The notes below the pieces were generated by a model, which was not told where the DNA came from, made no database searches, and was given only the letters and a program-made list of their open reading frames with translations. From an uncultured bacterium (lineage in GTDB: Bacteria > Patescibacteriota > Minisyncoccia > UBA6257 > 2-01-FULL-56-20): a DNA stretch of 64,000 bases. Shown here piece by piece: positions 10,045 through 18,960 of this stretch (positions are counted from its first letter, which is position 1; every line of letters starts with the position of its first letter). Both the position numbers and the translations under genes were made by a program. Location: NCBI GenBank assembly GCA_963705915.1, contig OY970126.1:232306-296305 (forward strand), given 5' to 3'.

Positions 10045-10371
10045 CTAGCCTTCTTCCTCTTTGTCCTCGCTTTCCGCCATTTTATCGAGGCTTTTTTTCG
10101 CGATAATCTTCATGTCCCGCTGAATTCGGTCCCATGCGTTTTTCATCTCTTTGCCGGCACGGATCACGTCTTTGATGGCTTGCTTTCGGGCGGCGCGGAT
10201 ATCATCGCCGTCGTCAAAAGTCCCATCTTCAGCTTGGGCTGCCGTCCGCATTTTTTCTTTCATGAGTACATAGGTCGCGCCCATACCAGCGACGGCACCG
10301 ATTGCCATCAAGCCTACCCCGATTTTTAAAGCTGATTTTATTGGATTAAGCATGCATTGTACTACGCGCAA
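10045..10371 (-). CDS. hypothetical small membrane-anchored protein with charged C-terminal tail
   Basis: TM segment IGVGLMAIGAVAGMGATYVLM followed by Lys/Asp/Glu-rich helix. Confidence 0.4.
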   Translation of the reverse strand: MRVVQCMLNPIKSALKIGVGLMAIGAVAGMGATYVLMKEKMRTAAQAEDGTFDDGDDIRAARKQAIKDVIRAGKEMKNAWDRIQRDMKIIAKKSLDKMAESEDKEEEG

Positions 10372-10403
10372 AATCCGCTTAATCTTTCATCAATCTCTAC
10401 AGA

Positions 10404-12176
10404 TCATTCTCCGGCATTCAGCGCCGCACGTGTTGAAGGGCCTACGTATCCTGCTGGATCGATGCCGTGGGCTGTCTGATATTTTTCAACCGCCTCTTCG
10501 GTGAGCGCGCCATAATATCCGGTGACGGGACCGCTGTAGAAACCTTTTTGCAAAAGATATTGCTGGAGGGCTGTCACTTGGCCGTCTTCAGATCCCACGC
10601 TTAGGAATTCTGTAAATGTGTCGGAATTTGAACTTATGGCCGTGTCGGTGTTCGTTCCGATATTTTGCGATGCATCACTCGCGAGTTGGGTTAAGGTCGT
10701 TGCCATCGTTTGGATTTGCGAAACGATTTGAGCGAGTTGGCTTTGCATGGATTGGATGGCCGCGAGAAGCGACTCGTCAGCGTTGGTTGATGTGATCGAG
10801 GTCGATTGGGCGTTCACGGTGACGTAGAGTGTGCCGCATCCGCCGCCTGTGACGCAGACGACGATAGAATCTGAGCCGGCATTCTCTCCGTAAAGTGAGA
10901 TGCTCGATCCGTTGACCGTTGGTTGTGCGATATTTGAGTTTTCGTTCGATGACACGTAATAACTTCCGCCTCCCGAGAGCGATATATTGGATGTTTCCCC
11001 GACGGCGAGCGATGGGTTGGTAATACCAAAAGTAACGTTGCCCGTGACCGACGAAGATCCGACGTTGACTGTGAGGGTTCCGCAGCCGTTGGACGTTGAG
11101 CAGATAGTTACGGATGTTGACCCGTCGGTTATCGCTGAAACCGCGAGCGAAGTGTCGTTGAGTGATAACGAAGCGACGGAGGGGTTTGAGTTGCCAGTAA
11201 TGTAATATCCCGAGCCGCCGGAAATGGTTTCGTTGATGATTTGACCAATCGTCATGGATGGATTTGGTTCGCTGAAGTAGATTGATCCGCTCGTTGATCC
11301 GACATTACCGATCGTGACGTAGAGCGTGGCGCAATTACCGTTATTGTCGCAGACGGTCACATCGGCGTTACCGGTCTCAAGGGGCGAAATACTGATTGAG
11401 TTTCCACTCAAAACTGCCGACATGACGCTTGGGTTTGAATTACTTGTTATGGAATACGTGCCGGAGCCGCCGGAAACAGTAATGGTTGTTCCCTGCCCGA
11501 TCGCGACCGAGAGATTATTTTGGCTGAAGGTTAATACGCTGGCGGTTTGGACGTTTACGGATAGATTGGCACAATCTGATCCGGTTCCGGTATAACAGAC
11601 TCCTAAATTGGTCGAACCAATTTGTTCACCCGTAACCGTGATTTGGGTACCATTTGTCTGCGCCGTCGCCGCCGAAGGGTTCGAATTGGTTGCAATGTAT
11701 ACCGCAGCCGAACTGCCCTGCGAGTAAGCGCTTGCGGACTGGCCAAGGCCAACCGTCAGGGAGGTTTCATTAAGCGTCGGAGTTCCCGTGGGTGATGGCC
11801 AAGTTTGCATGTCTGATTGTGCACCGTCCACGACAACGTAAACAGATTGGCCAGCGTTGATGTTATATGAACCGGCGTTAAGCGTTGTTGAAAAGTATCC
11901 GCTTGAGTTTGTTGTGCCAAGCGTCATGGTCTGCATGCCGCTCGCGCTCGCGACATTATAATAAAACATCACGGTCGCATTGGGGTCGGCGGAAATCGAC
12001 ACGTTTACCGAACCGCCACCAGCACTCGAAAGTGACAGTGTCGGGGTTACAGCCGCGTAGGTCGGCAAGGCAACGATAGCCGCGATTACTATTGCTGCGC
12101 CGATAACGTTGATCGCAGTAGATTTCATCCCTTTATGCGTGATATACGCACGTTCTGCTGAAAAGGGTGCATACAT
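10404..12176 (-). CDS. secreted repeat protein (5-6 Ig-like repeats with conserved Cys pair) with C-terminal peptidoglycan-binding domain; probable true start 12128
   Basis: Signal peptide MKSTAINVIGAAIVIAAIVALPTYAAV; about 70-aa repeats each containing V-C-x3-4-G-x-C-x-T-L; C-terminal LQQYLLQKGFYSGPVTGYYGALTEEAVEKYQ (PG_binding_1-like). Confidence 0.6.
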   Translation of the reverse strand: MYAPFSAERAYITHKGMKSTAINVIGAAIVIAAIVALPTYAAVTPTLSLSSAGGGSVNVSISADPNATVMFYYNVASASGMQTMTLGTTNSSGYFSTTLNAGSYNINAGQSVYVVVDGAQSDMQTWPSPTGTPTLNETSLTVGLGQSASAYSQGSSAAVYIATNSNPSAATAQTNGTQITVTGEQIGSTNLGVCYTGTGSDCANLSVNVQTASVLTFSQNNLSVAIGQGTTITVSGGSGTYSITSNSNPSVMSAVLSGNSISISPLETGNADVTVCDNNGNCATLYVTIGNVGSTSGSIYFSEPNPSMTIGQIINETISGGSGYYITGNSNPSVASLSLNDTSLAVSAITDGSTSVTICSTSNGCGTLTVNVGSSSVTGNVTFGITNPSLAVGETSNISLSGGGSYYVSSNENSNIAQPTVNGSSISLYGENAGSDSIVVCVTGGGCGTLYVTVNAQSTSITSTNADESLLAAIQSMQSQLAQIVSQIQTMATTLTQLASDASQNIGTNTDTAISSNSDTFTEFLSVGSEDGQVTALQQYLLQKGFYSGPVTGYYGALTEEAVEKYQTAHGIDPAGYVGPSTRAALNAGE

Positions 12177-13372
12177 TAGGGTTGATTACGTAATTCGAGC
12201 CGTAGGACGGCTTGCTGCTTTTCCCGGTTCGTCAGTTTTGTTTTTCTTACGGCGTCACCTAGGATGTGGATCGTTTCATCATAGGTTTTCCGGTCAACCA
12301 TATACGGCGTCCCATCTTTGCCACCATGAGCAAAACTGTAGCGGGCTGGATCCTCGTAGGACGGCGTTGCGCCGTAGATCACTTCGCCGACGAGTGCGAG
12401 CGCTCGAACAGTTTTGGGCCCGACGCCCTGGAGCGCAACGAGTTCTTCGTAGGTTTTTGGTTTATGGTCTGTTATCGTGCTCAGAATTTTTTCTAAATAG
12501 CTGCTTTTGTTGAAGTCATCATGGATGACTGGATGATATTTGAATTCGCGCGATTCGAGATTGAGAAGGGTGAGTTGCTGTCCTGAGCCATTTTTGACTG
12601 ACACCATTTGATTGAGAGGTGTTGAATATTTTCTGAGGAGTTGAATGTCTTTTATGAGGGTTGCATAGCCCGACCGTGCGAGTTCGGTTGATATTTCACG
12701 AGTCTTCTCGCTCCCTTTTGCGGTAAGGTCGAGGACGGTTTTCATAATGACGGGCGAACTGATCGCCGCGTGTGGTTCGTCCACGAGGTCGTGGATGTCT
12801 TCCGAAAACCAATGATATCGCCGTGCCGATTTTTTTTCGGCGTTCATCCCCTGTTGCACCACCGCCCACGATCCCGGCTCCTTTCGCCCGGTTTTGGCGT
12901 CACGGCGCACCGAAAAGAAAAATGCGTGATGGTAAAGTTGGAAGCCGTCTTGAACAAGGGCGCTGTCTACTTTGGCGCTCATCTTTGAGTTATAGATAAG
13001 GTTTTCTGCGTGCGTTGTTGGAAGCGACAATCGTTCGCTCCAGGTCCGAATTTCATCGGGTGTTTTCCGCGACGTTTTCCCTTTTCCGCCGCAAATGAAT
13101 ATGCCGAGGTCTTGTTCCTGACTGCGGATGGCTTCTTTGAGGGCTGCGGTGAGAATCGTTGTGAGGCCCGATGCGTTCCAGTCGAATGCGAGTACCGTGC
13201 CAAGCGACTGAAACCAAACCGGGTCGGCTATCCGTTTCACAAATTCATCCGGCCCGTATTCAGCCACAAGCACTTGCACCATTTCTCGCCCGAGCTTAAC
13301 CATGCGCTCGAAAAGCCACGGCGGACAATGTCCCCCGTCGAGCCCGAATGACGCAACGCCTCGATGGATCAT
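12176..13372 (-). CDS. DUF763-family protein with C-terminal helix-hairpin-helix motif (function unknown, likely nucleic-acid binding)
   Basis: N-terminus FGLDGGHCPPWLFERMV resembles DUF763 signature; LVALQGVGPKTVRALALVG HhH-like motif. Confidence 0.5.
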   Translation of the reverse strand: MIHRGVASFGLDGGHCPPWLFERMVKLGREMVQVLVAEYGPDEFVKRIADPVWFQSLGTVLAFDWNASGLTTILTAALKEAIRSQEQDLGIFICGGKGKTSRKTPDEIRTWSERLSLPTTHAENLIYNSKMSAKVDSALVQDGFQLYHHAFFFSVRRDAKTGRKEPGSWAVVQQGMNAEKKSARRYHWFSEDIHDLVDEPHAAISSPVIMKTVLDLTAKGSEKTREISTELARSGYATLIKDIQLLRKYSTPLNQMVSVKNGSGQQLTLLNLESREFKYHPVIHDDFNKSSYLEKILSTITDHKPKTYEELVALQGVGPKTVRALALVGEVIYGATPSYEDPARYSFAHGGKDGTPYMVDRKTYDETIHILGDAVRKTKLTNREKQQAVLRLELRNQP

Positions 13373-13410
13373 ATGCCTATTATACTGCCTGGAACGACAG
13401 AAGGGCCGAG

Positions 13411-14013
13411 CTATAAAGCCCTGATGTCTGCGATAAGCTCAGGAAATACGTCTTGATTGAAGTGTCCGCGATCACGAAATGTCCTTGCTGTGGCTCCCGG
13501 GAACTTGGATTGGAATTTCTTGAAATTGGCAAACGGAGTCACTGGGTCGTCTTCGCTGTGGTACAGCGTTATATCTGGAGCTTGTTGCGATACCAAAGAA
13601 AGACTGCCCTGTAAAACAAAATCAGCGAGTGAATCTTCGGCGGTGCTTTCAAAACAAGGAGCAATCAAAAATAATCCTAAAACTTTTTTAGGCATGGCAT
13701 TTTCTGATAAATATTTTATGAGGAATGTCCCGCCAAGCGAGTGGCCGACAAGAATAATCTCCGGCTCAAGATAGGGAATAAATTTTTCAAACCAGATTTT
13801 CCATTCGACATATTTTGCGTTGGCTTTGTCTGGCATATCGGGCGCAATCACTTCGTAGCCAGTACCAAGTTTTTCGCCGAGCGTCCGTTTCCAGCCGGGC
13901 TTCGAGACTCGATAGCGCTCGAAGTCGATTTGGAAATCCTTTAAAAATGCCAAATAGCTCGCGTAGGTATCAAACGTATCGCCCCCGTGGATTACGACAA
14001 CCTGATGCTTCAT
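13411..14013 (-). CDS. RBBP9/YdeN-family alpha/beta serine hydrolase
   Basis: 200 aa, VVVIHGG, nucleophile elbow GHSLGG, catalytic Asp/His spacing typical of Ser_hydrolase family. Confidence 0.7.
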   Translation of the reverse strand: MKHQVVVIHGGDTFDTYASYLAFLKDFQIDFERYRVSKPGWKRTLGEKLGTGYEVIAPDMPDKANAKYVEWKIWFEKFIPYLEPEIILVGHSLGGTFLIKYLSENAMPKKVLGLFLIAPCFESTAEDSLADFVLQGSLSLVSQQAPDITLYHSEDDPVTPFANFKKFQSKFPGATARTFRDRGHFNQDVFPELIADIRAL

Positions 14014-14021
14014 GAGGGTAG

Positions 14022-15104
14022 TTAAAAGAATCCTCGCACGTCACGAATCGTGATCAGTATCATGAGGGTGATGAGGAGGGCAAAGCCGATCCCGTTCACG
14101 TACGTCTCGATTTTTTCCGGAATCGCCGACCCTTTTATTTTTTCGATAATGATCATGACGAACCGTCCCCCGTCGAGTGCTGGGAATGGAATTAAATTTA
14201 CGATGGCGAGGTTGATTGATATGACGCCGATCAATTGAAGAAGATAGGTCATGCCAATTTTCCCTGTTTCTTCTGCGACGCCAAATATACCGACGGGGCC
14301 GACAACGCCGGCAGGGATCGTAGCGTGGACAAAAAGCTGTTGGATAAGCTGTCCAAACGCCTGGAGCGTCAACCAAAAGATGATTGCTGCGTCGAGAAGG
14401 CCGTCGTAGAGCGCGCTCAGGGGTGGTTCGCGCGGCGTGCCACCTTGCTCAAGAAGAACACCTAAGGCGCCCTCGCCTGCAGGTGGATTCATGCGCGGCG
14501 TGACCGCCACGTCGACTTCCTTGCCGTTGCGAAGCACGGGGATGGTGACTTGTCGCCCTTCGTGGGAGTTCACAAAATTTATAAAGCTTTGCGTGTCCTT
14601 ATAATTCATCACAATATCCCCTGCGGCGATCCCCGCTTGTGACGCCGGTGAATTGGGTTCGGTCCCTGTGATGACGACCGTCTGCGGCGAACCGATCATG
14701 AGCACGATTGAAATAAAAATCCAGCCAAGGATGAAATTCATGACGATACCGGCAAGAATAATAAGCGATTTTTTCCAAGCTGGCTGGCTGAAAAAAAGTC
14801 TCTTTGTGTCGTCCTTGGCTTCATTGTCGGCGGCAGGTTGAACGGCTCCATCCTTTTTTAATTCATCTTGCATGGCAAACTCTCCTCGTTCACCCGAGAT
14901 GCGCACAAAGCCGCCAAATGGCAGCCAGTTCAGGCTATATTCGGTGTCGCCCTTCTTTTTTGCAAATATGCGCGGCGGGAATCCAAAACCAAATTCATCA
15001 ACTTTGAGTCCAAAAAGTTTTGCAACAAAAAAATGGCCAGCTTCGTGGCCAAGGATTAGGAGTGAAAGACCGATGATAACAAGTATGGCGATGAGCATGT
15101 ACAC
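14022..15104 (-). CDS. rseP: RIP metalloprotease RseP (site-2 protease, M50 family) with PDZ domain
   Basis: HEAGHFFVAK zinc motif, PDZ (GDIVMNY), NLIPFPALDGGR LDG motif. Confidence 0.85.
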   Translation of the reverse strand: MYMLIAILVIIGLSLLILGHEAGHFFVAKLFGLKVDEFGFGFPPRIFAKKKGDTEYSLNWLPFGGFVRISGERGEFAMQDELKKDGAVQPAADNEAKDDTKRLFFSQPAWKKSLIILAGIVMNFILGWIFISIVLMIGSPQTVVITGTEPNSPASQAGIAAGDIVMNYKDTQSFINFVNSHEGRQVTIPVLRNGKEVDVAVTPRMNPPAGEGALGVLLEQGGTPREPPLSALYDGLLDAAIIFWLTLQAFGQLIQQLFVHATIPAGVVGPVGIFGVAEETGKIGMTYLLQLIGVISINLAIVNLIPFPALDGGRFVMIIIEKIKGSAIPEKIETYVNGIGFALLITLMILITIRDVRGFF

Positions 15105-15137
15105 CTATAATACCACGAAAGCGCCCGATTGGGTTCG

Positions 15138-15698
15138 CTATTCACCGAGCTCTCCGAGCTTGACGTTCACCATCCCTTCAACGTCGCCATTCGCCTTCTC
15201 GGTGGCTTTTTGGATTTTATCCTTGCCTTTAAATGCGTCGTCTTCGGTTATCGATTTACTACCCTCCGCATCCTTCAGGCGTTTGATGGCGTCTTCGCGC
15301 TTGGCGCGCACCTGAATGCGCGCTGCCTCGGCAGTTTTTTTGACAACCTTTGTGAGTTCGTCTCGACGTTCGTTGCCGAGCGGTGATAGCATCGCCCGAA
15401 TATTGTTGCCATCATTCGTTGTTGAAAGGCCGAGATGGGCATTGTCGATCGCCTTCATAACCGCACCAAGTGCGCCGGGATCCCAAACGGTGATTTGGAT
15501 CGTTCGAGGCGGAAGGACAGAGAGCGATCCAAGTTCGCGAATCGAAAGATTTTGGTCGTACAGGCTCACCCGCAGATTTTCGAGCATTTCAACCGAAGGA
15601 CGGTTGCCGCGAATCTGCCCAAGCTCCTGTTTGAGTTTTTGCGTGACGCTCAAGAGCGACGCTTCGAGGTCTTTAATAATTTGTTCTGACAGTGTCAT
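15138..15698 (-). CDS. frr: ribosome recycling factor
   Basis: 186 aa, full-length similarity to RRF. Confidence 0.9.
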   Translation of the reverse strand: MTLSEQIIKDLEASLLSVTQKLKQELGQIRGNRPSVEMLENLRVSLYDQNLSIRELGSLSVLPPRTIQITVWDPGALGAVMKAIDNAHLGLSTTNDGNNIRAMLSPLGNERRDELTKVVKKTAEAARIQVRAKREDAIKRLKDAEGSKSITEDDAFKGKDKIQKATEKANGDVEGMVNVKLGELGE

Positions 15699-15701
15699 AG
15701 G

Positions 15702-16571
15702 TTAAGCAGCAAGTAATGCCTCAAGTTGTAATCGTGGGTTCAAGCCAAAATTATTAGCGTTCCCGTAGAGTTCAAGGGTCCGATGCCAAAGAACCGTTCG
15801 GGTTTTGGATGGCTTTGTCCAGGCAAGGTTTATTATAACCGAATCGAGGAAGATGCGTAAATTGAAATCATCCGGGTCAATGATTTTTTTTATGAGATCC
15901 TTTCGACCCGCTTGAGGCGCTTTGAGATATTTTTCGGCGAGTTCAAGATTCTTCTGGAGTGCTTTGTCATGCAACAACCGATACGCAAGGCCTGGTTTTC
16001 CGAGCGCCTGCTTGGCGAGTGATGCCGCTTTTGCTTTCGTGAGGCCCTGGCCTCGAGTCAGCCATTTTTCGACCTCGTCGTCTTTTACGGGGCTAAAATA
16101 GATTTTTGGGAGACGGGAAACAATCGTCGGTAAAATACTTTCAATATCAGAGGTTACGAGGATGAGAAGTGCAGACGTCGGAGGCTCTTCGGTGACTTTG
16201 AGGAGTGCGTTCTGCGCTTCGGTTGTGAGGAGTTCGGCCTCGTCGATAATGAGTGTCCGTCGGGCGCTCACTGCCGGCTTTTGCCAGAGGAAATTTTTTA
16301 TTTCGCGTGCTGCATCAATGCCGATAGAGTCTTTAGCGGTCGAGTCGAGCTGCTTCATGGAGGCAAGGTTGATGATTTTCGCGTCTTGAAGGACTGAATT
16401 TTCGGCGGCTGGCTCAAATGTTTTTGTCTCTAAAAAGTTTGCGAGGCCCGAGGCAAATGTTCGCTTTCCTATCATCGCTGGGCCGTAAAAAATATAGCCG
16501 TGGCCGAGCGCCCCGTTTTTGAGTAATTTTTTGAAATCAGCTTGGGCAGCTTCGTGCCCCACAATTTCCAT
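15702..16571 (-). CDS. holB: DNA polymerase III delta-prime subunit
   Basis: AAA+ fold, GHGYIFYGPAMIGKRTFA, degenerate Walker B LIIDEAE, sensor motifs; sits between mreB and frr. Confidence 0.75.
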   Translation of the reverse strand: MEIVGHEAAQADFKKLLKNGALGHGYIFYGPAMIGKRTFASGLANFLETKTFEPAAENSVLQDAKIINLASMKQLDSTAKDSIGIDAAREIKNFLWQKPAVSARRTLIIDEAELLTTEAQNALLKVTEEPPTSALLILVTSDIESILPTIVSRLPKIYFSPVKDDEVEKWLTRGQGLTKAKAASLAKQALGKPGLAYRLLHDKALQKNLELAEKYLKAPQAGRKDLIKKIIDPDDFNLRIFLDSVIINLAWTKPSKTRTVLWHRTLELYGNANNFGLNPRLQLEALLAA

Positions 16572-16578
16572 AGGCTCA

Positions 16579-17586
16579 CTATCGTTTATTCAGGAGCGTT
16601 CGCTTATACGTGTCGAGGTGGTTTAAGATAAGGCCGGTTCCTTTTGCCACGCAGAAAAGCGGGTCTTCGGCGAGATAGGCTTGGACACCGAGAAAGCGTT
16701 CGAGAAATTCTGGCAAATGATGGAGTTGGACGCTGCCGCCGGAAAGGATAATCCCTTTTTCCATGATGTCTGCGACAAGTTCAGGGGGCGTCACGTTAAA
16801 AACATTTTGGATGGAGGTCGCGATTTCAACGAGTAACGGATTGAGAGCTTCGGCAATTTCATTTGAATTCAAAATAATATCTTTTGGTAGGCCGGTCACG
16901 AGGTCGCGTCCCCTGATTTGATATTCCATCTTTTCCTTTGTTGGCATTGCGGAGCCGATCTCAATCTTCACTTGTTCGGCCGTTTGCTCGCCGATCGCGA
17001 GGGAATATTTCTTCTTTACATAATCCATAATTGCCTGGTCGAACTTGTTACCGGCAATACGCAAGCTGTTCCATGAGACGATATTTCCGAGCGCGATCAC
17101 GGCTTGTTCGGATGTACCGCCGCCAATGTTGATGATCATGTTGCCTGAGCGCGCGTTGATTGGAATGCCGGCGCCGAGTGCCGCAAGGATCGGTTCGCGG
17201 ACGATAAACGCGCTTCCTGCGCCCGCTTCTCGCGCAGCGTTCATCACGGCGCGACGCTCGGTTTGTGTAATGCCGGCAGGAACCGAAATCACAACGTCCG
17301 GTTTCATCACGTTGAACCAGCCCGACGCTTTTGAAATAAAGTACGTGAGCATGGCCTTCGTAATGTAGTAATCAGCGATGACACCATCTTTGAGCGGCCG
17401 GTATGCAACGATTTCATCGGGTGTCCGGCCGATCATCTCCTTCGCTTCGGCGCCCACCGCAAGTACGGTATTGTCCGGCCGCGTTAGAGCCACAATCGTC
17501 GGTTCATTGATGATAAAGCCTTTTCCGGGAACAAAAACGACCGTGTTAGCCGTCCCCAAGTCGATGCCGATTTTTTTCCCGAACAT
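16579..17586 (-). CDS. mreB: rod shape-determining protein MreB (actin homolog)
   Basis: IGIDLGTANTVV, phosphate-1/2 and adenosine motifs, 335 aa. Confidence 0.9.
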   Translation of the reverse strand: MFGKKIGIDLGTANTVVFVPGKGFIINEPTIVALTRPDNTVLAVGAEAKEMIGRTPDEIVAYRPLKDGVIADYYITKAMLTYFISKASGWFNVMKPDVVISVPAGITQTERRAVMNAAREAGAGSAFIVREPILAALGAGIPINARSGNMIINIGGGTSEQAVIALGNIVSWNSLRIAGNKFDQAIMDYVKKKYSLAIGEQTAEQVKIEIGSAMPTKEKMEYQIRGRDLVTGLPKDIILNSNEIAEALNPLLVEIATSIQNVFNVTPPELVADIMEKGIILSGGSVQLHHLPEFLERFLGVQAYLAEDPLFCVAKGTGLILNHLDTYKRTLLNKR

Positions 17587-17637
17587 AGGACTGATTTTAT
17601 CTAAATTTAAGAAAAAAGAAAAGGCTTAAACCCAACG

Positions 17638-18960
17638 CTAAATTCTTTGGATGTTTGCGCCAAGTTGTCTAAGGCGCTCGTCCATTTTTTCATATCCCCG
17701 ATCGATCTCTTCCACGCCATCAACTTCAGAGACGCCTTTCGCAACAAGGGCAGCGATGATGTCCACCATGCCCGATCGTAGATCTCGCACGCTGAGGTTT
17801 TTGCTTGTGAGGGGCGTCGCGCCTTTGATGACCGCGAAGTGGTAGCAACCTTTACCCGCAAAACGGCATGGTTCGTTTGGCGGGCATTCTGTTGAAACTT
17901 TCACGTCCGCGCCCATTTCGTTTAAGTCGAGTGCGTAACCGAAACGATCTTCATAAATAGTCTCGTGGATCGTTGAAATACCTTCCGCTTGGGTGAGGAG
18001 CACGGCGAGCGGCTGTTGCCAATCAGTCATATAACCAGGGTGCACGTCGGTACGAATCTCAAGCGGGCGGAGCGCAGGTGGTTTCGCTTGCTCTTTTGAG
18101 GCGGCGAGGCCGGCGAATGCAATGCCATCGTTTGTCACTTCATACTCTGCGCCAAGTCGCCGCACGGTATTCAAAAATGTTATTAGATGTTCCTGAACTG
18201 CATCTTTCACGAAGATTCGGCCGTTCGTTGCGATCGCGAGGCAAGCGAACGAGACCGCTTCGTTGCGGTCGGGAATAATTCTGTGCGAAACGCCATGCAA
18301 CCGCGGAACGCCTTCAATCATGATCGTACGCGGCGGGCAAAGTTCTATGATGGCACCCATTTTTTGGAGCATTTTCATAAGGTCCAAAATCTCAGGTTCG
18401 AGAGCTGCGTTTTTGATGAGCGTTTTCCCATGGGCGAGTACGGCGGCGAGCATGGCGTTTTCCGTTGCTCCAACGCTCGGGAACCTAAGCTCAATCTCCG
18501 CGCCGTGCAACCCATCCGGCGCCCATGCCTGATAGCTGTGCTTTGTGATCTGCATTTTTGCACCAAGCTTGGCGAGAGCTTCAAGATGGATGTCGACCGG
18601 TCGCGGACCGATCTTATCCCCTCCCACGATTGGCACCTCGGCCTCTTTTGCACGTGCAAGAAGCGGGCCGAGTGCAAGAATTGGGATACGATTCCGGCGC
18701 GTGAGCTCCGTTACCTTGCTGTTCTTGATCGTTGGCGTGACAATTTTTGCTGTGCCGCCGGCGATATCGATCTCACTGCCGATATTTTTGAGAAGCTCAG
18801 TGATGATATCGACTTCGTCGATTTGCGGAACGTTCTCAAAAAGACACGGTTCCTCGGTGAGGAGCGAGGCGATCATCATTTTTGAGACCGCATTCTTTGC
18901 ACCAGCGAGTGTTATTTCGCCAAAAAGCGGCTTTCCTCCGTTAACGATAAATTTTGGCAT
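17638..18960 (-). CDS. murA: UDP-N-acetylglucosamine 1-carboxyvinyltransferase
   Basis: MPKFIVNGGKPLFGEITLAGAKNA N-terminus, 440 aa, two-domain EPT fold; 20-nt overlap with glyQS stop. Confidence 0.9.
   Translation of the reverse strand: MPKFIVNGGKPLFGEITLAGAKNAVSKMMIASLLTEEPCLFENVPQIDEVDIITELLKNIGSEIDIAGGTAKIVTPTIKNSKVTELTRRNRIPILALGPLLARAKEAEVPIVGGDKIGPRPVDIHLEALAKLGAKMQITKHSYQAWAPDGLHGAEIELRFPSVGATENAMLAAVLAHGKTLIKNAALEPEILDLMKMLQKMGAIIELCPPRTIMIEGVPRLHGVSHRIIPDRNEAVSFACLAIATNGRIFVKDAVQEHLITFLNTVRRLGAEYEVTNDGIAFAGLAASKEQAKPPALRPLEIRTDVHPGYMTDWQQPLAVLLTQAEGISTIHETIYEDRFGYALDLNEMGADVKVSTECPPNEPCRFAGKGCYHFAVIKGATPLTSKNLSVRDLRSGMVDIIAALVAKGVSEVDGVEEIDRGYEKMDERLRQLGANIQRI

Noticed and set aside
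17607-17861. 84-aa minus-strand ORF spanning the mreB-murA junction
   Set aside because: It overlaps the 3' end of murA in another frame and the short intergenic gap, and it has no motifs. Likely spurious
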